A DNA stretch of 64,000 nucleotides from Laetmonice hystrix (taxonomy: Eukaryota). Position 1 is the stretch's first letter. Each line of letters begins with the position of its first letter. The notes under the pieces are model-generated. The model was not told the DNA's origin and did no database searches. It saw only the letters and a list, made by a program, of their open reading frames with translations. The stretch is from contig OZ249436.1 in assembly GCA_965235115.1 (NCBI GenBank), positions 36,458,001 through 36,522,000 of the forward strand. The letters are read 5' to 3'. A program made the translations under genes and the position numbers. Positions 41,692-51,906 of this stretch are shown here, one piece after another.

Positions 41692-43328
41692 GATCACATT
41701 GGCCGTGTCACTGTATCATACATGTATACCTTAATATGTATATCAACTGTATCAGTAACCCATTTGTGCCTCAACAGCACATTTCCAATTTTGAATCAAT
41801 CATCAATCTGTAACTGGCCAGAAGAGATAAATTTATAATCGTATCCACCATTCTTTGACTGCCTCTGTTGTACAAGTTAAACCATTCTCTATGATTCTGA
41901 GGCTGCCCAACAAATTTTGCAAAAGGCAGTCACACATAGCTTGCTCACGCTCACTAAAAACTTTTGGCCAGAATGATCCCTGGACATGCTAAAATTGCAG
42001 TGTCTTTTGCAGAAATTTCATCCATGTAGATGAAGATCATACAGACTGTAATACATTTAAAGCAATTTCTGTACATTTGGATTGTGCTCCCTATGTTCCT
42101 AAGTCTCCAGTGGCTGACAAGTTATAAGTTTAGTGCATGCAAACTTGTACCATGACAGAAATTATTTCTTATTTTCGAATCTTACTTTACAGTAGGGTAC
42201 CTAGCAAATATGAAGTTTTTTACACTTTGCTGGACAAACACCTCATAGCTTGAATCCAAAATGTTTAACTTCACAAACTAACAATGATTCCTTGGAGTGG
42301 CCTAGTTTTTAAGGCCTCAATGACAGGTTTGGAGAACAGGGAGATATTATTCGTGAACACCAACCTGGTTTTTGTCCTGTCATTACTCCTAGTACAGAGA
42401 TATTAATGGCGATTTCCAGTCCCACTCACTGAATGTCCTAATAGTACATGTGTACGTGTAGGCCTATACAATACTAGGGCAAAATTTAGACTGCTCTTTC
42501 TAATCACCACATATGGTTATCATGCAAGACCCTCTCTTACTGGCAGAGTCTCTCTTACACTTACAGATCTATGTGCTGTGTGATATATCTTTCACAGCTC
42601 TCTCACAACCTGACCTATTGGTAACTGCCACATTGCATATATGGATACTTCCAATGTTCACACAATATCACCTTTGGCATGCCAACTTGCTGTTCGATCC
42701 CTCATTGAGTACAAACAAGTGAAGAAAGTCAAGAAATGCCTCCAAGGAGACAAACAAACTGAAACGTTAAGCCATATGTTAATAAATATGATATAAGGAA
42801 CAGGCCCAGCGACTCCAGGAGAGAACCAGAGACTTCCCAACTTGAGGACCTGGAGAAGCTTCTGCCTGAAGGATGTCAACGGACGAGGTGTTGACTGCAG
42901 ATAGACAAGAAAGACAACAGCTCATCTATCAGATATGCACCCAAAATACTAATGGAATGAAGAGTTTACTCACAATCTGGAACAGCATGCTTTTTAAATG
43001 TTTTTGAACGCAGAGAGAAATGTATTTAGGTCATTGAAATATGGAATTTTTGAGATGACAGAGACACATTAAAACGCTTGTAAAAAACTAATCTGTTTTA
43101 CCCTTATTTATTACACTCTGATCCCCTTTTCTCTAGATTTTTTTTCTACAAACTTGCTTGAATTTTTAGAATGATGAGCTGAAAACGCATGCAGAAACTT
43201 GGCCAAAGCATGCAGGAACCTGACCAAAAGTCGTGACCATGGGAGAAAACAAGCCTAGAAGAAGACAGGTGACCTACCCTATAGGCCCAAGACTTGAGAG
43301 AGAAGTGCTGAACGCTACCTGTCTGGCA

Positions 43329-43619
43329 TTAAGTAGTGTCAGACTGGGGAGATGCAGACACCATCTGAGTGTATGAGGACAGAGTAGCCACAGGTGCCTT
43401 TGACTGGGTCTGTGCCCGTAAGTCAGAGGCTAACCGAGAGGTAGTGCCCGTTTGTTGAGGCTTGTGGTAGTGGAAGCGGTGTACCCGCAGTGAGTTGGAA
43501 GTTTTGAACTGCTTGCCGCACAAGTGGCACTGGCGTGGAGTGCCGCAGCGCTCGACATGGCGAGTCCAGCCCCCGAGATGTTGCATACGCCGACCACAAA
43601 GTGGACAAACATACGCCCC
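43329..43619 (-). CDS. Alternative terminal exon A of the zinc-finger gene: CCHC + C2H2 finger pair
   Basis: Acceptor tgtctgtgtctggaccag in phase 0; GAYVCPLCGRRMQHLGGWTRHVERCGTPRQCHLCGKQFKTSNSLRVHRFHYH; stop at 43329; minus-strand AATAAA at 43107-43112. Confidence 0.75.
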   Translation of the reverse strand, partial: GAYVCPLCGRRMQHLGGWTRHVERCGTPRQCHLCGKQFKTSNSLRVHRFHYHKPQQTGTTSRLASDLRAQTQSKAPVATLSSYTQMVSASPQSDTT

Positions 43620-44603
43620 CTGGTCCAGACACAGACACAACACCCCTGTCAGTTTGTACAAGTATGTTAGTTGTTTATGAACACATCTTGTCAACTGATG
43701 CCCTCCACAGTGTATCCATTATATGTACACGAATTACTTAAACATTAATATAAAAACATTAAAGTTTCTCTGGATCAAAGGTCATCTCATGTCACTATAT
43801 CTTTTTAAAGTATCTTGCTCAGTCAGACACTCAGACAGTGCAAAAGAAAGTAATGACAATGTTCACTAAACAATGTTCAGTAAATGAAAACTGACAGACT
43901 GAACAGAAGACTGATACGTGAGCACAACTGCCTACACAAAATTAAAGTCACACAGATCTATGGCCAAAGATTCCAAGGGAGAGCCCCTTTAAGTTAATCC
44001 ATATAATTCTCATACAGCTACAGCTTAACTGTGCCTGTGGAATACGACAGCCTCTAGTAGGTTGCATCCAGCAAACGAAAAACATTCACTTAATAAAGCT
44101 CTATTTGATATACCGGGTACTTTATCAACAGGGTATCTTTGATCAAACAATATAACTCTAAAATCAAATTTCATATCCCTTGCCCTTCAAACCCTTGCCC
44201 TTCAAAACACTGTGACAATCCTTGAGTGTTAAAAAAAACGAGTTTTTACAGAACATTTAATCTCCAACAGGGCTCAAAATTTTCCCATGCTTGCAGATAA
44301 TTGATTCCATCATTACGTTAAAAAACACCTCAGAGAAGGAATCAAACTGCTCATACTCATGGACTGATGGGCTAATTACATACCATCATATAATCCAATT
44401 TTGACAAAATTACAACCAAAATGTGATTCCAACATTGGCATTCTTGCAAAGATGAAGATTTAAAAAGATAAACTGTGACTTTGAACAGCGATTATAGTTT
44501 TCCATTATATACTTGAAAACCTCAAGAGTTTTGTAGACAACACATTACTGTCATACCGAGCTTACACCTATTTTTTGAGCTCGGCTGTGTCAGTGCTGCC
44601 GCC

Positions 44604-44794
44604 CTCCATACCTAGATCTAAGGAAATCCCATTAGGGGTCACCTCAGGTTGACCTCTGGATTCAGCCAATCAGCGAGTTGCCTACGAAATCTTCAGTGTG
44701 TGCTCGTAGGCATTTTCAACGGCACACTTGAATCTGGGTCAAAGGGCAGCCTGAGGTGACCCCATACGGGATGCCGTTAGATCCTAGTATGGAG
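44604..44794. mobile_element. Degenerate fold-back MITE
   Basis: ctccatac..gatctaa..atccc..ggggtcacctcagg mirrored by cctgaggtgacccc..gggat..ttagatc..gtatggag; inner tgcctacga/tcgtaggca. Confidence 0.65.
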
Positions 44795-45245
44795 CGCATG
44801 CGAAATAACTAAGACCTAATTTTAATTAGATTGTCTTTGACCCTAGTTCCTGCAAAGTAAATCCTTCCTCCCCACATATTTCCTCATTTGAGTAAGTCTA
44901 AGTAGCTCTGAGTTTCACAGAAGCAGACTACCTTCAGATCACATTAATTATTAGCCCAGAGTTGGTGACACTGATGTTACTACCTCTATGGACAGCTGTA
45001 AGTAGCAACTAAAAATAACAGATGCAGGACACACCACTGTACATGGTTCAACAGCACAGAAAACATGAAAAAACACATGTGCATTACTGCTTCATTGTGA
45101 AGTCCATTAAGTATTTGTACCTTTTCTATTCAACTGTTCCAGAATATTGATTCATATATTATCAAGTTGTCCATTATTATCAATACTTAATTATAACTTT
45201 ACAATGCAGAAGGAGAATGTTCAAATACAATGTATGTCAACTCAC

Positions 45246-46139
45246 CTGAGGTGGTGGTGAAAGTAATGATGCTGGAGAAGAAGACTGTAATGCTGCTGGG
45301 GTTTGGGTGTTGGCCAGGCTGGCCTGCCATGCAGAGCATCCTGGCAGAGGGCTGTAGCCGGTGAGAAGTCTAGACAGAGATGGGGCTGCTGCTGCTGTCG
45401 CTGACACACGGAGGTCATAAGCAACATCTTCTGGCTGCTCCTTTTCAGATTTGACTGGATACAGACGTAAAGCTGCTTCTCCTGTGTCAACTACATTGAC
45501 TTCACATTCAAGGTCTTGCTCATGTTTTATGAAAAGGGTCTCATGGGTGGAATTCTGAGGAGTTGGACTTGAGTTGAGGCGCTTTGGGTTCGAGTTCTGT
45601 GGAGAGCCGTTGCATCTTTTTCGTTTTTGAGGGGTTATATCTCTGTGGGGTTCATCCTTTAGGGTTGATTGGGATGTATGGCAGGGTGGGGACCCCTGGC
45701 TTATGGGCGTCCCTTCTCTGCTGAATGCATTCCGTTTGCTCTCTAGACTTGCTGTGGAGCCAACCTCACAGTTTTGGAAATCTCCCAGGCCATTTGAGGA
45801 ATCAGCTATAGGAGACAAGGTCCACATATCAGTTGGATAGTCCTCAGGCTCCTCGACCATGACAACTTCTCTGTGACGTGGAGTGCTCTTCCGGTGTCGA
45901 GACTTCCGTACGGCATCTTTTACAAGAGGCTTATCTTCTTTGCGAGGAACCTCTGGCTGTTTCTCTTTAAGAATTGTCTCCTTTATACTCACTAAAAATA
46001 TGTCATCACTGTCAATCGTTATACCCAAGAGTCCCTCGATGGTGAATTCTGTCTTGTAGTTGAGACCACTTTTACACAGCACTGAGATGGCCTCGGTCAG
46101 TAGTGCCCTGACGCGTTCCTGGTCTGATTTAACTACCAT
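45246..46139 (-). CDS. Zinc-finger transcription factor, common coding exon (uncharacterised N-terminal domain plus low-complexity linker, 298 codons)
   Basis: Acceptor ttttttcaattaccag (exon starts 46187); ATG at 46139; N-terminus VVKSDQERVRALLTEAISVLCKSGLNYKTEFTIEGLLGITIDSDDIFLVSIKETI; basic KRKR and SUMO-type LKDE/IKHE/VKSE motifs; strong CAG|GTGAGT phase-0 donor at 45245. Confidence 0.85.
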
Positions 46140-46904
46140 TGTGACATAGGTTCCCGCAGCATCTTATCATGGCAGTTCCCTCACTCTCTGGTAATTGAAA
46201 AAATGGAATACATTAGAACATTTTGATTAGCACCATCATGTTACACCTGGTAACCACAGAAATTCACACTGGTGTACTCTTTGCTAGATGTAACAACAAT
46301 TTGCTAATTTCTATCAATTTAAATATGTACACCTAATATTGCATAAAATCAGACTTATTCCAGGAGAATCAACATTGCAGTCCCAGAATATAATATAAGT
46401 TTTATGCAACCAGAAGATTAGAACTATCTTGACAACCAGGGCCCTATGTTACTACACTAGACACTCAAGCAATGCCACTTTTGACAACTTTTTCCCCACA
46501 TTTTGCACACTTCTGTGAAAAAACAATTAATAAATCAGAAAACATACTAAACATTTTTCAAGAGGGCAGGCTAAAACCTCAATTCCATTTTACTCTGCCT
46601 GATATTTTAATTTTCCATATTACAAATAGGGCCTTCTTCAAAAATGCTGGTTCCACACCTGTTGTGATTTGATACTAAATGTGATATTCATTCAAAGTCC
46701 AAACTTTTCAAAGCTTTCTGTTCCTACAGCCCTACTAAACTTTTCTGTTTTGAAGTGAAGCAAGTCCACTATTATTCCTTTTTTTTTTATAAATCAAAGA
46801 CTACATTTTAGTGTAAAAAAAAGGAGGAGGGGGGAGTATTTGATTCATTAACATTTCAAAAATCAAATATAAAAATTGCTCCTCAAACAAACGCCCATGA
46901 ATAG

Positions 46905-47086
46905 CAGGGCTACTGACATGCTGTTTTGGGGTACATGCTGAGGCCGTGTGCGGATCCTACGTGCAGGAAAGTGAAAAAAGAACATTGGTAAAAAGATTTT
47001 TTGTCATTCAACAAAAAGTAGGCGGTAGCAAAACTGGTTTTAGACGGCGTTTTGCCGCCGGTGACCGGCTACTTTTGAGAGCCCTG
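46905..47086. mobile_element. Short element with CAGGGCT ends and 6-bp TSD
   Basis: GAATAG|cagggct ... agccctg|GAATAG. Confidence 0.6.
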
Positions 47087-47910
47087 GAATAGCAAAATTG
47101 CTTCAGCCTCAGGCCCCTCAAAAAATATTTCGAGCCTTGTATACTTCTTGGCATTCATCTGATAAAGATAAAAGCCTATTATAAAATCCCATATCTACCT
47201 TCTCCTTGTCTTTTCTGGGCACTGGAACAAAGTTTACTGGATGATCCTTTGGTTTGCTTGGCTGGTGGGTTTGGCCTTGAAAAGGGCTAATGGGAGTAAT
47301 GCCTACACAGCAAACTTCACCCCACTTATAAAGTAATATCCGATGAAGGTGAGAGCCAATGACTCTTCCCCACTCTGTGACACTGACGACAAATTTCACA
47401 CACTGGCAACGCTGAGGTGAGGAGTAGATTAAGATATCGAGACAACACGGGCTGAGGCTCTCAACGGGCGACGGTCAGAACTAGACGTCTAGACCGTCAC
47501 TCGAGTCGGGGTCCAAACTGACACCATCATACACCAAACTAACTTATTTGTAGCCTCTTTATTCAGTGTGCTAGACTGGAATGAAAGCCGCAAAAGCTCT
47601 TTCCGTGATGTGGCATACGTGAACAGGTAGATGTTATCACCTGAACACTGTTTATTAGTGTTGATGACACATGCTGTGACACTGTCACTCGAACCCACAA
47701 CTCGCGAGGTCGTGCGACGCGTCGTTTGTAGTTCACCGTCTTTCACAGTTTGCCTCAGTCATGGCAAATTATGAGTGAAGAAACTTCAAGGACACAAACA
47801 ATGACCAACAAACATTCCCAGCACATGTGCCGCGGTTATAATAACATGTCACGTCTCTTCTTGATTCAAGGGCAGAGATAACAGTTTTAATAAAAGAGAA
47901 ACCAGATTAC

Positions 47911-47990
47911 CTGAAACCACGACAATGTTCTTCCTCTTTCACCGCCCGTTTTAGTACCGGAAGTGAGTAAATGGCGACCCGGATGTAGGT
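47911..47990 (-). promoter_or_regulatory. Putative promoter and non-coding first exon of the zinc-finger gene
   Basis: ETS motifs CCGGAAGT (47957-47964) and CCGGATGT, and a YY1-like AAATGGCG, clustered just upstream of a CAG|GTAATC donor at 47910 on -. Confidence 0.55.
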
Positions 47991-48063
47991 CAAACAAAAG
48001 ACTAGCCTAGGCTTACAATAAAATACAAGGGCTCTTACTGTGCTGCGCTTGTGTTATGTTAGC

Positions 48064-48266
48064 CAGTGGCGGATCCGGGGGGGGGGGGGGTGTCGGCGAC
48101 GTCCGGGACCCCCCCCCCCCCCCTCAAATTTGCCAAATTTAATTTTTTATAACCAAAATGCCTTTTGTTTTTACAACGGACCCCTCCCTCCCTCGATTTG
48201 CCCTTTTTATGCTGGACCCCCCTAGGACCCCCCCCCCTGAATATATAGACCCTAGATCCGCCCCTG
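48064..48266. mobile_element. MITE with CAGTGGCGGATC ends and 5-bp TSD
   Basis: TTAGC|cagtggcggatc ... gatccgcccctg|TTAGC; internal poly-G and poly-C. Confidence 0.8.
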
Positions 48267-51200
48267 TTAGCTATGTTGATATGGACAAGTTTAAAAATAA
48301 CTGAACCGACCTGAAACGACCTATTTCTTTCACTTTCTTTATTACAGGCCTACTACATATTTAAAAATATTTACTTGTTTATGTCTGAGCCTATAAACCT
48401 ACAAAGATCTCACAAGGACAATACGAGCTAAAACGACCTATTTTTTTCACTTTACTTATAATTAGCCTATACTAGGCTATAGGCCTAATACATATTTGAA
48501 AAATATTTAAGCCTATTTGTTTATTCCTGAGCCGCTGACGTTTTAATTAGTACATACCGTATTCATATTTTTAGGAAAATTGATAGCCTATATACCGTGG
48601 ATGTGATAATAAGTCTATTATGTAGGGAGGCCTAGCTTTCACTAAATAAACATCTTAATTAGGTTGATAAATAATTGTTAGGCCTACATCTTAGCCAAAT
48701 CGACTTTTTTGTGAATAGGGTTTGGCGACAGTTCTAAAAGCGAAGTTCAAAGGGGGAAACCGACAAAAAGATCTCCATCTACACCTCTTGTATTATCTAT
48801 AGAAAGGCTGGGGAAAAGGGCCAGGAAAGGAACACATACGAATAGAATATAGACTCATTTTAATCTCCATAGTATAAACATTGTCATTGACGCGCAATTT
48901 CCATCAAATTAAGGACTTCACAACCTGTCGTTGTGTCGTTAACATGACGTGTTTTAATGAGGATATTAACACATTCTATGAGGATAATGGTGATTTCGAC
49001 GTAACCCGATGATTTTACTATTAGAAAATCCTTACAAGCTATCCTGATCAGAAACTCGGTGCAAAGCATGAAGTGACACTGTATGTAGACGAGCTTCGAC
49101 GTCAAATTCATGGGAACACATAAACTTCACATAGATGAATTAGGCCTAGGCCTACTTGAATCCCTAACCCACCCCACAACCGCACTGGGAACGGTTTTAC
49201 TGTCGGCCCTCTATAGTTGCTGCAGTCTTTACGTTTTTGCCAATTACGATACGTTTAATAGATTATACATGAATTTCTGCGGCAAGAGTAGTATACACAA
49301 ATCTCATTGTGACTGAACAATTCAGGTCTAGTATAACATTCCCCATACAGCTAATTATAAATAATCAGTTGCACTACGGTGCATGATTGTAGGGAGGCAT
49401 ATTGCATCCAGAACCAATCCACAACCAAGAATCAAGAATGATCTTTCTCCTTGAATAATAAACATTAATTTTAAAACAGATGGGGTTCGCGGAATAGGCC
49501 GTTTACTTTTTCCACTTTTAACCACATTTTAACAATATTCTTAACCACAGGCTACATAAACCTATAATTTACGTGTCAAACTTCTTATGTAGGCCTTTAT
49601 TTCAATGTCTTTTTTTAATTATTCCATTCCATATTTATTAAAACCATTTGTTTTAATTGAGTTTTTTTGAAATTACATACGCCGACCATCGCTGAACGTT
49701 TATAGTTCAGCGATCCGTTAAACCTATGTGAACTTTGACCTGACGTCGAGCGATGGTCGGCCGATGGTCGGCCGATGGTCGGTCGACGGACTATTCTCGT
49801 TTCCGATAATCCGGGCATTTCTAGATGGCGCTGCTATCTTCTCTGGCCAGTTATGCCAACAACAAAAACAATGCAATCCTCCGCAGAGGCACTGCAGAAC
49901 GTTGAACTGAAGTTGGCGTCCACAACGAACATGTTTCTAGAACTTCCAAGGAACGCAATGTGTGGAAGGAGAGAACTGAACAACAAGGAAATAGGTCCAG
50001 GGAATCATAAGACCAGACTCGCTGGTTAAATTGGAGTACATAATTGTATTAACAGAGAATCACAGTAAATAATCGAATAACAACTATTATGCGTACGTAA
50101 TCACATTGTGGGTGGTTAGGTCTATACATAATAATAATTACAGACTATACTATGTATATACCGGTACTCAGAACTAACATAAAACAACTTTTCACAAATT
50201 ATGCAAAAAATAGTCTCTCTACAAGGTCTACGCTTCCGGTGTGTTCAGATGTATTTCTTTCCAGACATACTTTTTCCAACACGCATGGCTATATTCAGCT
50301 GAGATCTAGATTGCTGACACCCAAAGCATTTTTAAACCAAAAATAACAATAAAAAGTGTTCTGAACTACAAAGGTCAATGAAATAACAATTGTAAATTAT
50401 CTGAATTATTCGATAGCATACCAAATCAGTCCCTTTAATCCAAATAACTCTTTTCTACCGCGCTAAGATTAGAACATCAACACATTTTGATTATGGCTTT
50501 GGTTTATCATTTTCTGTAAATTTTTCTAATGAAAAGGGTCAATCATAATATTTTCCTGTCCAACAGTAAGCTTCTGGTAAAGATATGTAACAAGTTGTAA
50601 GGCATTCACACCACCGCGGCCATACCCGAAAGCTGGACCTGGTCGAGGACCGTGCCTAGAGGTTGACGTGGGCTGCAGCTTGAAACCTGTTCCAAACTGC
50701 CACGCCCCCCCCCCCCCCTCCCCCGGAAAGATTCTGAATTTATATTCGAAATATCCCCCCCCCCCTCCTGCCTTCTACATGGCGGTAAATGTTGTTCAGT
50801 TTACTCGTTTTGATATGTTACCCGGGGTAGGGGTTATATACTACTGAACTCCCCTGTCAGTACGGCCAAAGAACACTGTGGCTCTGCGATCTCCAACTGA
50901 TGCTAACGCCCTCTAGGTCCAGTTAGACGAAATATCACTTCCATAACATCATGAAGGCACCATTTTCTCGCGCCACCTACTGGTTCAATTCGGTACAAAA
51001 CATACTGCGACTTCGAACAAAGTCGTAACATTTCCGATACATTTTTTAATAGAAAAGTACAAAGATATTAGGAAAAGAACGGCCTTTTCCTTAACATCGG
51101 AAACCGCTACGAAATACGTCTTAAAAACGTCCATTCCATACTTCCACGTCGGCAACAACATATTTTGTACATACTCCTCAACTAAATAGGTTCCCTTTAT

Positions 51201-51828
51201 AATGGAGGGCCATGGCCATATGTTTAACTCGAATAACGAACGAAATAAGTTGACATGCAGAATAAACATCACCTATCTACAAAATTCGAGGGAAATATAA
51301 AAAAGGGACAAGGACTGGGGTTCCGTAATATATGGAAATACTGCGGTACAAACTACCATTACCCTGCTTTCGATTCGTTCCGTCAGCATTTTTATTTACA
51401 AATCTCTATCAATCCATAAAAAATGAAATATTTCAATACTAGTATAGTAATCTCCAAACACCTACTTTCAGCACCTTTTGTAAAATCAGTAAAGTAAAAT
51501 GATAAGTACATCAAGCCTTTCACTACCGTTGGAGAATCTGGGACACTTTTCTACTTAATTGTGTTAAATCGCTAATCCATGTGGGCAGAAATCCCCTCTT
51601 CCCTTCACAGACTTAAATAACATTGTGAATAATGTGTAGGAAATAATTGGGAACTCGACCTCTGAATAATGACACTAATGACTAATAAATCACCGAGCCG
51701 ACACCGAATTATTACTGGTAGTATTGATGAGGGTAATGAGGGCTGGGAGGGACGGCTAGGATGACAACACGATGGTTCCATGATACGTTTTGTCATCTTT
51801 GATGAGACTGATGAAATGCAAGTCGGCT

Positions 51829-51906
51829 CTAACAGAACTCTTCAGGAGACTTTCGAATTTTGATTATGTGTTTCAATGCCTGCTGGACTTCTGCACCCAT
51901 CTGTCC
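51829..51906 (-). CDS. Last coding exon of the ANKRD24/UACA-like gene (GQMGAEVQQALKHIIKIRKSPEEFC*)
   Basis: Acceptor ttttgttttttcag in phase 0; TAG at 51829-51831; minus-strand AATAAA at 51391-51396. Confidence 0.82.
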   Translation of the reverse strand, partial: GQMGAEVQQALKHIIKIRKSPEEFC

